From Schmidtea polychroa (taxonomy: Eukaryota): a stretch of DNA of 64,000 bases. This document shows, piece after piece, positions 18,501 to 29,198 of this stretch. The position numbers and the translations under genes are program-made. Numbering within the stretch: position 1 is the stretch's first letter; each line of letters begins with the position of its first letter. Below the pieces are notes generated by a model. The model ran no database searches. It had not been told where the DNA came from and saw nothing but the letters and a program-made list of their open reading frames with translations. The stretch is taken from the NCBI GenBank assembly GCA_044892525.1, contig CM097887.1:81818397-81882396 (forward strand). The letters run 5' to 3'.

Positions 18501-20099
18501 GATTTACAACGCATAATTGACATTGCAGTCGATACTGCTAATGAAATAGGTTTTGAATATCGACTTGAAAAGTGTGCTTTTCTTGAACTTCCAAATATTA
18601 ACTCTGAAAGTAAAATCACAATCAATGGAATAAATATTAAGAAACTTTTACCAAACGAATTTTACCAATATCTGGGAGTTCCAGTCGGTGAGGAAACTGA
18701 CCAAAGTCCTTACGAGATTTTGAATAAAGTTATTGTTGATGCAAATAAAATTGCAGAATCTGACTTGTTGGGATGGCAAAAATTGAAAGCCTACAAAGTC
18801 TTTCTACACTCGCGCCTAATCTTTCCATTTAGAACGAGAGAAATAAAGATCAGTGCTCTTTCAACAACACAAGTTAATTGTACGAGTAAACTGAGAAGTA
18901 TTCTAAGAAAGATCTTGAATTTGCCCAACCATTCTGAGACCAGTTATCTTTACAACTCCATTGAAAATGGAGGTGCGTCTTGTATTGATCTTCTTGATGA
19001 ATATCATACACAGACGATTAGTCATTTTTTCCGACTCTTTACCTCTAATTGCATGTTCACTCGTAATATCAATATTGACTCTTTGAAATTCGTCACTGGT
19101 CCTCGACTGGGAATGAAGGAACCATCAATGCAAGAGAGTTTCAACTGGATAAATGGAGCTGAAAATATCAAAACTCATTCTGGAAAGAAAACGAGATTCT
19201 ATCGACCTCGGATAGCAATCAAGTACTTTCAAAGAACTCATGGTATTACCTTGTCTTTTGAAGTCGAGAAAAATGAGCCTGTTCTTCGATTTACAACTAT
19301 CGAACGTGGTACTTGTGTGTTGACAGCTTTGAATCGGAAAGCGATTTCTAAAATCATACATATTGCACTTTATGATGCTTATTTTTCTAAATGGAAATTA
19401 AGTAGCACGAGTGGATCTTGTGCTTATAGTTTATCACCGAAAATCAATAAAGCGATTTACAATGGCAATCTTCGTGAAAGTCCTTGGAAATTCATACATC
19501 GTGCACGTACAAACACATTGTCTACCTTTGCTAAACCTTATCGAAAACCTGATGATAGACTTTGTAGGCGTTGTCATATTGAAGAGGAAACACTTTGCCA
19601 TGTTCTGCAAACATGCAAAATTCACCAAATCCTTGCTCTTAAAAGACATAACGAATGCTTACGACTTATTACTGAGCAACTGAAAAATCCTTTTCTTATT
19701 GTTGTTATTGACCACACTTGTTCACTTGTTGTTGACTCTAAGGAGCGAGTTGATGTAATGATAACGGATAATGATAAAAAGAAAATTTTCATGGTAGACG
19801 TCAAATGTCCTTTTGACACTCTACAGACCTTTGAAACGGTAGATAAAGGAAATTTGACAAAATACGATAATCTTCGACAGCAAATACAAGTTGCAAAGCC
19901 AAATTTTAAGGTGGAACTTTATACTTGTATCATTGGGTCATTAGGTTCTGTTCCACCAATGACATATGATGTGCTTGAGAAGATTGGAGTACCTAATCAT
20001 AAAGTTGAATCTCTTGTAAGAGAATGTGCAATGAGCAATATAATGCACTCGGCTAAATCTTGGCATTACCATGCATATGGTATCTTACCAGGCTTCTAA
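15561..20099 (+). CDS. ORF2 protease-RT-RLE, 1512 aa
   Basis: Same motifs as copy 1. Confidence 0.95.
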   Translation: MPASVKISAPFSYETDAECTNKLSEIDRTRWFTDDEIDYFLLHHINNPMFTFIRCFIVSILCSDIAENVVDLPKAIFEAQVILCPLNINNSHWVLFVYCKSSLTSYFIDPILKNRNRLVNKERAVKINNVLNCTFNLDSLIIEHPYKDLVYQDNNYDCGPFICGYAMIVSQEWSSIPNTFVEYIRKQLFHCQSISTVSGGGLSKNHFLNKINFKKAIKPKSKPIMNVKIINPNNEKACVSSLISKWYEKYPSILVLSPEITNSLISQNDNFIIENITFLQFRNVDHIICIIPNDNCWCLLFCSVKYGHSYLFDLKPGSITERLIGICENITDYLNKFTLNKKVYFEKNQNAFRLKISSEDPFEYAVGYIAFLEKYLFNRIFDRDYVIKTLKHMNVQQAIEINKNLNLINCKITDKIITNFFNNLKHSSDFILLNNTMCTAIYEDCTQYLKDFLNIEHLIKAQVIFCIMAPPKAQEILFVIDYKTDEHYFLNPSTLITNFNYLFTSQTLLHKINEIRESAGCCIKSGNIPHDVRGSGLVSRVLICAFIKNYISDLSLENLNLFDIGSVITSLLPPITETIKVSKKDLNVKKEIEKPSLERRIEKINLLLSNLENSNVNEICKIIIDNSLRQRSDDKTMIRRPYLGNKPSYDKPDKNILISGFLSNMKLTVNKILADEKIDERPSITDYISNFTHSDPVIKSYDKVFNFCLSSLSTLVLNLISTEDVKFEIKKADNTSPGLDDIKYKDLSIFDPEYKLLTFFFNKIIVDKNVPECLKSFKTIMIPKPDKGDKYTLVSSWRPIALLSVIYKVFASVLASRLTSWVKVNNLLHIGQKGGSIHDGCVEHNSVLSSCLEHSKYSKNTPIAIAWLDIKDAFGSVPRDYMWKILRRVGVSEEFTNILKLLYTDTSSFYTCGPIITPNIAIKQGVKQGCPISMILFAIAINPVLESVSQSNVKPFKIAGSSVQVLAYADDIALVANNVSDLQRIIDIAVDTANEIGFEYRLEKCAFLELPNINSESKITINGINIKKLLPNEFYQYLGVPVGEETDQSPYEILNKVIVDANKIAESDLLGWQKLKAYKVFLHSRLIFPFRTREIKISALSTTQVNCTSKLRSILRKILNLPNHSETSYLYNSIENGGASCIDLLDEYHTQTISHFFRLFTSNCMFTRNINIDSLKFVTGPRLGMKEPSMQESFNWINGAENIKTHSGKKTRFYRPRIAIKYFQRTHGITLSFEVEKNEPVLRFTTIERGTCVLTALNRKAISKIIHIALYDAYFSKWKLSSTSGSCAYSLSPKINKAIYNGNLRESPWKFIHRARTNTLSTFAKPYRKPDDRLCRRCHIEEETLCHVLQTCKIHQILALKRHNECLRLITEQLKNPFLIVVIDHTCSLVVDSKERVDVMITDNDKKKIFMVDVKCPFDTLQTFETVDKGNLTKYDNLRQQIQVAKPNFKVELYTCIIGSLGSVPPMTYDVLEKIGVPNHKVESLVRECAMSNIMHSAKSWHYHAYGILPGF

Positions 20100-20834
20100 T
20101 TATTAAAATTCGATTGAAAATAATTAATTTTGTTTCTCATATTAATTAAAAAAAAAAAAAACTGTCATCATTATTTATTTAAAGCATTATGAGGAATTGA
20201 ATATCATTTTAATCTTGCCACTTATTAGTTTTGATAACCTAAACATGATAATAATCTTTTCAATTCATCATGAAGAGGTGGTCTGTTCTAATTTCAGATT
20301 CGATAATGATGAAAAAATTCAGCTGAAACAAGAAATCTTTGCAGAAACCTAGAATGGCGCTTAATTAATTTGGCTCTAAAACTTCTGCAAGTGTTAAGCT
20401 AAGCCGGAAACGAATCTCCGATGAAATCCAATATGCCTGAGAAATTTCAAGAAACAAAGTGCTTTCGAGACGAGTATTCTCCCAACCGATATAATTATCA
20501 TAGAGATTTTGATCACCCAAGTGCCGACATTTCTTGAATGGCTGTTCCAAGTTGAACGTTCTCAACAGATAAAAATCCAAAAACTTGTTATATTAATAAA
20601 ATTTTATCTAGTAAACCAGGGGTCGTGAGTTCAATTCTCACCGAAGGCAATTTTTTCCTAAATAAATTTTATCACATCAACATTAATCTTGTCTTGTCCG
20701 TTTTTGTTTCTAGTATTAGAAAAATTCCAACAAAAAATCCTATTGATTGTCCGACTTGTGTATGGGTTGGATTTTGATTTTTTCGGTACAGAATGCCACT
20801 TTATAGATTTAAATAGAAATCTCTCAAATTGCAA

Positions 20835-20907
20835 GCCTTCGTAGCTCAGTGGTTAGAGCACTGGTCTAGTAAACCAGGGGTCGTGAGTTCAATTCTCACC
20901 GAAGGCA
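20835..20907 (+). tRNA. trnT: tRNA-Thr(AGT)
   Basis: Consensus copy. Confidence 0.97.
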
Positions 20908-21092
20908 ATTTTTTCCTAAATAAATTTTATCACATCAACATTAATCTTGTCTTGTCCGTTTTTGTTTCTAGTATTAGAAAAATTCCAACAAAAAATCCTA
21001 TTGATTGTCCGACTTGTGTATGGGTTGGATTTTGCTTTTTTCGGTACAGAATGCCACTTTATAGATTTAAATAGAAATCTCTCAAATTGCAA

Positions 21093-21165
21093 GCCTTCGT
21101 AGCTCAGTGGTTAGAGCACTGGTCTAGTAAACCAGGGGTCGTGAGTTCAATTCTCACCGAAGGCA
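21093..21165 (+). tRNA. trnT: tRNA-Thr(AGT)
   Basis: Consensus copy. Confidence 0.97.
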
Positions 21166-21371
21166 ATTTTTTCCTAAATAAATTTTATCACATCAACATT
21201 AATCTTGTCTTGTCCGTTTTTGTTTCTAGTATTACAAAAATTCCAACAAAAAATCCTATTGATTGTCCGACTTGTGTATGGGTTGGATTTTGATTTTTTC
21301 GGTACAGAATGCCACTTTATAGATTTATATAGAAATCTCTCAAATTGCAAGCCTTCGTAGCTCAGTGGTTA

Positions 21372-23648
21372 ATGGAAAAACACACAACGATGATGCAATC
21401 GCCTACGAATGAATTACTCATCAATCTCAATCAAAAATTACCGAATTTTGGATTACTCAATTGCAAAATTGCAAAATCTTCAATCATGTCTATGTTGAAA
21501 TCTCAAATTCAACAATCTCAAGCTATTTTGGACCTGATTTCAAAAGATTCTGAAGAACCTTCAATTCTGGAACCGGTTGAATCAATTAAAGAAATGCCAG
21601 AAGATTCTTTGGAATGCTCAAAGGAAAAGATGCCACTCCTTTTAAATTTGCCTTTTCCAATTGAGGAAAGATTTCAGATACTGGAGAAGTCTATCGAATC
21701 TATATCTGGTAGGATTGATTTGATTTCTAATTTTCTTAATGTTAATAATGATGACAATAATAAAAACTTTTTAATTAAAAATTTAAAAGTAAATAATATT
21801 TCAAATAAGCATCTTCCTGTAATTTCTAACACTAAACCTGAAATTAATTCAAACTACTCTTCTAAATTAGTGGATAGTTCCGATAAATTGAAGGCGCCTT
21901 TTGTTGATGTTGAAATAGAGAAGTCGAAAACTCTGCATGTGGATTATAAGGGAAGTAATACTGCGTTTAAAGAGGATAATGATATAGATAGATCAACTCG
22001 TATTTTGACAAAAAAAGAACGAGCTAATTTTTTGAAGAGCTTTCCAAAGTTTATTAATTTAATCAAATTAGGTGAATCAAAATTTAAAGAGAATTTAATT
22101 AATTATGAACTTAATTTAATAACTAAATCAAAATTAAACTTTAATATTAATAATTTTGAAAAGTTATATTTTGAAAATGGAAAGTTTTTTATTTCTATTT
22201 ATAACAAAAATGGAATGAGACCTGAGGTTAGGAATATGAAAGCTTTAATAAAACCTAAAATTATCTCTAGCAGTGGCCGAATTTTAAATAAAACTTTTAT
22301 TTCAAGTTTAATTCGTACTGACAACAATTATAGTAAAATCTCTGCTTCTTTAGCAATTAAGAAATTTTTATTTGCATTTTCTGACAAATTAGCTGCAACT
22401 GTTTCCATTAAAAATATTAATCAAAAGGGCTCTGTCATTAATAAAGAATTAGATTTACTAAAAAAAGAAAATAAACTTCCACAATTTTTAATAAATTCAG
22501 ATATTAAATATCTAAATGGGGAATTTGTAATAAATGACATATTCAGTCTTTCAGAATCTCAAAATGAAGTTGTGAATCGTAGAGAGTTGTCTAGATCACA
22601 ATTAAATCAATTATTTAAAAGTCATCCAGAGCTGAAAGAGATGTGTTTTGTTGAAAACTCATCTAAATGTGCATCAAAATTGACTAATTTGTTAGATAAT
22701 TTAAAATTAAATAATAACTTTCTTGAGAATATTGAGTTTGATTCAGGAAGGTTTTTCAAATCTAAAGAAACTGTAAATAATGAATCAATTGGTGCGTCTG
22801 ACATCATGTTTAACTTGGGACTGCTCAACTTCATTGACATTTCTAAGAAAAATGATGATTTTAAGGAACTTCTACTTTCAACTTCTTCTCCTCAAAAGCT
22901 GGTTGATTTGATCTTTACGATAAATTATAAAATCTTGACGAAGGACATCAACTACTTGAACAATATTACCTATGGAAATTATGTCATGAATTATTTTATA
23001 AATATTTTACTTTTACACTCTGTAGCTGATCTTGAAACTTGTGAATCTCTCACAATTGACGACTTTGATTATTGGAGCGCTGACATGATAGAAAAAATTC
23101 CTTCTTCGTCATATTACTCTCAAAGTTGCAAGGAAAAGTTACTTAAATATAGGCAGTGGAAACTAGAGGGAGAAGTTGATAAACTAAGAAATATTATTTC
23201 GCCTGAGACAATTAATGTTGTTAATAAATTTTTGATTTCATCGGATGACTCTAATAAATCTATTAAGGAAGCAACTTTGAGTTTAGATGAACAAATGGAC
23301 AAAATTAATACATTTAAACTAGGCGACAATGACCCAGACATTTTGAAATCTAAGCGGTTACTATACTTTATTTTGAGAGACAAGAAGTTGTTTCTAAGAA
23401 ATAACAGCAAAATCTTCCAATTACCTATGACATGCAAAAAAATATGCACTCCAAAAATGTCATTATGTATTCATGAACTTTTGGACTTTCTTAAGGGGAT
23501 AGAAAATCATTCATCTCCGATCTTTCCTACAATAGTTGACTCTCCATTGGTTATTGAATCACTTCCAACTGATATAGACGCTGAGACGGATACAATAAAA
23601 TCTCGTACTCGAAATGGTCGAAGAAGAGCGTTATCCGATTCTAAATGA
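21372..23648 (+). CDS. ORF1 haplotype B, 758 aa
   Basis: Near-identical to copy 2 ORF1. Confidence 0.9.
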   Translation: MEKHTTMMQSPTNELLINLNQKLPNFGLLNCKIAKSSIMSMLKSQIQQSQAILDLISKDSEEPSILEPVESIKEMPEDSLECSKEKMPLLLNLPFPIEERFQILEKSIESISGRIDLISNFLNVNNDDNNKNFLIKNLKVNNISNKHLPVISNTKPEINSNYSSKLVDSSDKLKAPFVDVEIEKSKTLHVDYKGSNTAFKEDNDIDRSTRILTKKERANFLKSFPKFINLIKLGESKFKENLINYELNLITKSKLNFNINNFEKLYFENGKFFISIYNKNGMRPEVRNMKALIKPKIISSSGRILNKTFISSLIRTDNNYSKISASLAIKKFLFAFSDKLAATVSIKNINQKGSVINKELDLLKKENKLPQFLINSDIKYLNGEFVINDIFSLSESQNEVVNRRELSRSQLNQLFKSHPELKEMCFVENSSKCASKLTNLLDNLKLNNNFLENIEFDSGRFFKSKETVNNESIGASDIMFNLGLLNFIDISKKNDDFKELLLSTSSPQKLVDLIFTINYKILTKDINYLNNITYGNYVMNYFINILLLHSVADLETCESLTIDDFDYWSADMIEKIPSSSYYSQSCKEKLLKYRQWKLEGEVDKLRNIISPETINVVNKFLISSDDSNKSIKEATLSLDEQMDKINTFKLGDNDPDILKSKRLLYFILRDKKLFLRNNSKIFQLPMTCKKICTPKMSLCIHELLDFLKGIENHSSPIFPTIVDSPLVIESLPTDIDAETDTIKSRTRNGRRRALSDSK

Positions 23649-23654
23649 AGATGT

Positions 23655-26600
23655 GTGCCTGCATCAGTGAAAATATCTGCTCCGTTCTCATATGAAACTG
23701 ATGCAGAATGCACAAATAAACTTTCTGAAATTGACCGAACACGCTGGTTTACTGATGATGAAATTGATTATTTCCTTCTACATCATATCAATAATCCAAT
23801 GTTTACCTTTATAAGATGTTTCATTGTTAGTATCTTATGTTCTGATATTGCTGAAAATGTTGTTGATCTTCCCAAAGCTATTTTTGAAGCTCAAGTAATT
23901 CTATGTCCACTCAACATTAACAACTCACATTGGGTCTTGTTTGTTTATTGTAAATCTTCATTAACTTCTTATTTTATCGATCCGATCTTGAAGAATAGAA
24001 ATAGATTAGTAAATAAGGAGAGAGCTGTTAAAATAAACAATGTATTAAATTGTACTTTCAATCTTGATTCATTAATAATTGAACACCCGTATAAAGATCT
24101 TGTTTATCAAGATAATAATTACGATTGTGGTCCTTTCATTTGCGGTTATGCGATGATTGTATCGCAAGAATGGAGCTCAATTCCTAATACGTTTGTCGAA
24201 TACATTAGGAAACAATTGTTTCACTGTCAATCTATTTCTACTGTATCAGGAGGTGGCTTATCTAAAAATCATTTTCTCAATAAAATCAACTTCAAAAAGG
24301 CAATAAAACCTAAAAGCAAACCCATTATGAATGTCAAAATTATAAACCCTAATAATGAGAAAGCTTGTGTCTCATCTCTGATAAGCAAATGGTACGAAAA
24401 ATATCCAAGTATATTAGTTCTTTCTCCCGAAATAACAAATAGTTAATTCAGTCAAAATGATAATTTTATAATTGAAAATATTACATTTTTGCAATTTAGA
24501 AACGTTGATCATATAATTTGTATAATTCCTAACGATAATTGCTGGTGTCTATTGTTTTGCTCAGTCAAATATGGACATAGTTATCTTTTTGATCTTAAAC
24601 CTGGTTCGATTACTGAAAGATTGATAGGAATTTGTGAAAATATTACCGATTATTTGAATAAATTTACTCTAAATAAAAAGGTTTATTTTGAAAAGAATCA
24701 AAATGCTTTTCGTTTAAAAATTTCATCTGAAGATCCGTTTGAATATGCAGTTGGGTACATTGCCTTCTTAGAAAAATATCTTTTTAATAGAATATTTGAT
24801 AGAGATTATGTGATTAAAACTCTCAAACATATGAATGTGCAGCAGGCAATTGAAATTAACAAAAATTTAAATTTAATTAATTGCAAAATTACTGATAAAA
24901 TTATAACTAATTTTTTTAATAACTTGAAACATTCCTCAGATTTTATTTTACTTAATAATACAATGTGCACTGCAATTTATGAAGACTGTACTCAATATCT
25001 GAAAGATTTTTTAAATATTGAGCATTTGATAAAAGCACAGGTTATTTTTTGTATTATGGCCCCTCCTAAAGCTCAAGAAATATTGTTTGTCATTGACTAT
25101 AAAACTGATGAGCATTACTTTCTCAATCCCTCAACTTTAATTACTAATTTTAATTATTTATTTACTAGTCAAACTTTGTTGCATAAAATCAACGAAATTA
25201 GAGAATCGGCCGGTTGTTGTATAAAATCTGGTAATATTCCGCATGATGTTCGTGGTTCTGGCCTTGTGAGTCGTGTACTCATTTGTGCTTTTATAAAAAA
25301 CTATATTTCTGATTTATCTTTAGAGAACCTCAATTTATTTGATATAGGCAGTGTAATTACTTCTTTGTTACCTCCAATAACGGAAACGATCAAGGTTTCG
25401 AAAAAAGACTTAAATGTAAAAAAAGAAATTGAAAAACCTTCTTTGGAGCGTCGAATTGAGAAAATTAATCTCCTTTTATCAAATTTAGAAAACAGCAACG
25501 TTAATGAAATCTGTAAGATAATCATTGACAATTCATTGCGTCAAAGATCAGATGACAAAACTATGATTCGTAGACCTTATCTGGGAAATAAACCTTCTTA
25601 CGACAAACCTGACAAAAATATACTAATATCTGGCTTCCTATCTAATATGAAATTGACAGTGAATAAAATACTGGCTGATGAGAAAATTGATGAAAGACCT
25701 TCAATAACTGACTACATTTCTAATTTCACTCATTCTGATCCTGTCATTAAATCTTACGATAAAGTGTTTAATTTCTGTCTGAGTTCTTTGTCAACTCTAG
25801 TTCTGAATCTAATTTCCACTGAAGATGTAAAGTTTGAAATTAAAAAAGCAGACAACACTTCTCCTGGACTTGATGATATCAAGTATAAAGATTTATCTAT
25901 TTTTGATCCTGAATACAAATTATTGACATTTTTCTTTAACAAAATAATAGTCGATAAAAATGTTCCAGAATGTTTAAAATCTTTCAAAACAATTATGATT
26001 CCGAAGCCTGATAAAGGTGACAAGTACACTTTAGTTTCTTCATGGCGACCAATAGCTCTATTGTCAGTCATTTACAAAGTGTTTGCGTCAGTGTTAGCTA
26101 GTCGTTTGACCAGTTGGGTGAAGGTCAATAATTTACTACACATTGGTCAGAAAGGAGGCTCAATCCACGACGGATGTGTTGAACATAACTCTGTTCTTTC
26201 TTCCTGCTTGGAACACTCAAAATACAGTAAAAACACTCCAATTGCTATAGCCTGGCTTGATATTAAAGACGCCTTTGGCAGTGTCCCTCATGATTACATG
26301 TGGAAAATCCTGCGTCGCATTGGAGTCAGTGAGGAATTCACCAACATCTTGAAGCTGTTATATACCGATACAAGTTCTTTCTACACTTGTGGTCCAATTA
26401 TTACACCAAACATTGCCATTAAACAGGGTGTCAAACAAGGATGCCCTATTTCAATGATTTTGTTTGCAATTGCGATAAATCCTGTTCTTGAATCTGTTAG
26501 TCGATCAAATGTGAAACCTTTCAAAATTGGTAAATCTTCGGTTCAAGTTCTTTCATATGCTGATGACATTGCACTTGTTGCAAATAATGTTTCCGATTTA

Positions 26601-28193
26601 CAACGCATAATTGACATTGCAGTCGATACTGCTAATGAAATAGGTTTTGAATATCGACCTGACAAGTGTGCTTTTCTTGAACTTCCAAATGTTAACTCTG
26701 AAAGTAAAATCACAATCAATGGAATAAATATTAAGAAACTTTTACCAAACGAATTTTACCAATATCTGGGAGTTCCAGTTGGTGAGGAAACTGACCAAAG
26801 TCCTTACGAGATCTTGAATAAAGTTGTTGTTGATGCAAATAAAATTGCAGAATCTGACTTGTTGGGATGGCAAAAATTGAAAGCCTACAAAGTCTTTCTA
26901 CACTCGCGCCTAATCTTTCCATTTAGAACGAGAGAAATTAAGATCAGTGCTCTTTCAACAACACAAGTTAATTGTACGAGTAAACTGAGAAATATTCTAA
27001 GAAAGATCTTGAATTTGCCCAACCATTCTGAGACCAGTTACCTTTACAACTCCATCGAAAATGGAGGTGCGTCTTGTATTGATCTTCTTGATGAATATCA
27101 TACACAGACGATAAGTCATTTTTTCCGACTCTTTACTTCTAATTGCATGTTCACTCGTAATATCAATATTGACTCTTTGAAATTCGTCACTGGTCCTCGA
27201 CTGGGAATGAAGGAACCATCAATGCAAGAGAGTTTTAACTGGATAAATGGAGCTGAAAATATCAAAACTCATTCTGGAAAGAAAACGAGATTCTATCGAC
27301 CTCGGATAGCAATAAAGTACTTTCAAAGAACTCATGGTATTACCTTGTCTTTTGAAGTCGAGAAAAATGAGCCTGTTCTTCGATTTACAACTATCGAACG
27401 TGGTACTTGTGTGTTGACAGCTTTGAATCGGAAAGCGATTTCTAAAATCATACATATTGCACTTTATGATGCTTATTTTTCTAAATGGAAATTAAGTAGC
27501 ACGAGTGGATCTTGTGCTTATAGTTTATCACCGAAAATCAATAAAGCGATTTACAATGGCAATCTTCGTGAAAGTCCTTGGAAATTCATACATCGTGCAC
27601 GTACAAACACATTGTCTACCTTCGCTAAACCTTATCGGAAACCTGATGATAGACTTTGTAGACGTTGTCATATTGAAGAGGAAACACTTTGCCATGTTCT
27701 GCAAACATGCAAAATTCACCAAATCCTTGCTCTTAAAAGACATAATGAATGCTTACGACTTATTACTGAGCAACTGAAAAATCCTTTTCTTATTGTTGTT
27801 ATTGATCACACTTGTTCACTTGTTGTTGACTCTAAGGAGCGAGTTGATCTAATGATAACGGATAATGATAAAAAGAAAATTTTCATGGTAGACATCAAAT
27901 GTCCTTTTGACACTCTACAGACTTTTGAAACGGTAGATAAAGGAAATTTGACAAAATACGAAAATCTTCGAAAGCAAATACAAGTTGCGAAGCCAAATTT
28001 TATGGTGGAACTTTATACTTGCATCATTGGCTCATTAGGTTCTGTTCCACCAATGACATATGATGTGCTTGAGAAGATTGGAGTACCGAATAATAAAATT
28101 GAATCTCTTGTAAGAGAATGTGCAATGAGCAATATAACGCACTCGGCTAAATCTTGGCATTACCATGCATATGTTATCTTACCAGGATTCTAA
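23655..28193 (+). pseudogene. ORF2 with in-frame TAA at codon 264 (24444-24446)
   Basis: AGT TTA ATC became AGT TAA TTC; frame and total length (4539 nt) unchanged. Confidence 0.85.
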
Positions 28194-28692
28194 TTATTAA
28201 AGTTCGATTAAAAATAATTAATTTTGTTTCTCATATTAATTAAAAACTGTCATCATTATTTATTTAAAGCATTATGAGGAATCGAATATCATTTTGATCT
28301 TGCCACTTATTAGTTTTGATAGTCTAAACATGATAATAATCTTTTCAATTCATCATGGAGAGGTGGTCCATTCTAATTTCAGATTCAACAATGATGAACA
28401 AATTCAGCTGAAACGAGAAAAGTTTGCAGAAACCTAGAATAGAGCTTAATTAATTTGGCTCTAAAATTTCTGCAAGTGTTAAGCTAAGCCGGAAACGAAT
28501 CTCCGATGAAATCCAATATGCCTGAGAAATTTCAAGAAACAAAGTGCTTTCGAGATGAGTATTCTCCCAACCGATATATTTATCACAGAGATTTTGATCA
28601 CCCAAGTGCCGACATTTCCTGAATGGCTGTTCCAAGTTGAACGTTCTCGACAGATAAAAATCCAAAAACTTGTTATATTAATAAAATTTTAT

Positions 28693-29198
28693 CTAGTAAA
28701 CCAGGGGTCGTGAGTTCAATTCTCACCGAAGGCAATTTTTTCCTAAATAAATTTTATCACATCAACATTAATCTTGTCTTGTCCGTTTTTGTTTCTAGTA
28801 TTAGAAAAATTCCAACAAAAAATCCTATTGATTGTCCGACTTGTGTATGGGTTGGATTTTGATTTTTTCGGTACAGAATGCCACTTTATAGATTTAAATA
28901 GAAATCTCTCAAATTGCAAGCCTTCGTAGCTCAGTGGTTAGAGCACTGGTCTAGTAAACCAGGGGTCGTGAGTTCAATTCTCACCGAAGGCAATTTTTTC
29001 CTAAATAAATTTTATCACATCAACATTAATCTTGTCTTGTCCGTTTTTGTTTCTAGTATTAGAAAAATTCCAACAAAAAATCCTATTGATTGTCCGACTT
29101 GTGTATGGGTTGGATTTTGATTTTTTCGGTACAGAATGCCACTTTATAGATTTAAATAGAAATCTCTCAAATTGCAAGCCTTCGTAGCTCAGAGGTTA
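28693..29198 (+). repeat. tRNA-Thr array block 4 (3' half 28693-28734, 1 full gene, 5' half 29178-29198 carrying T16A)
   Basis: 258-bp periodicity. Confidence 0.97.
28920..28992 (+). tRNA. trnT: tRNA-Thr(AGT)
   Basis: Consensus copy. Confidence 0.97.

Larger units (their letters stand above)
13278..20607 (+). mobile_element. tRNA-Thr-specific RLE retrotransposon, copy 2 (both ORFs open), 7330 bp
   Basis: Same junctions as copy 1; ORF1 haplotype B. Confidence 0.96.
20608..21371 (+). repeat. tRNA-Thr array block 3 (3' half 20608-20649, 2 full genes, 5' half 21351-21371)
   Basis: 258-bp periodicity. Confidence 0.97.
21372..28692 (+). mobile_element. tRNA-Thr-specific RLE retrotransposon, copy 3 (ORF2 nonsense codon, divergent 3' part), 7321 bp
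   Basis: Same junctions. Confidence 0.96.
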
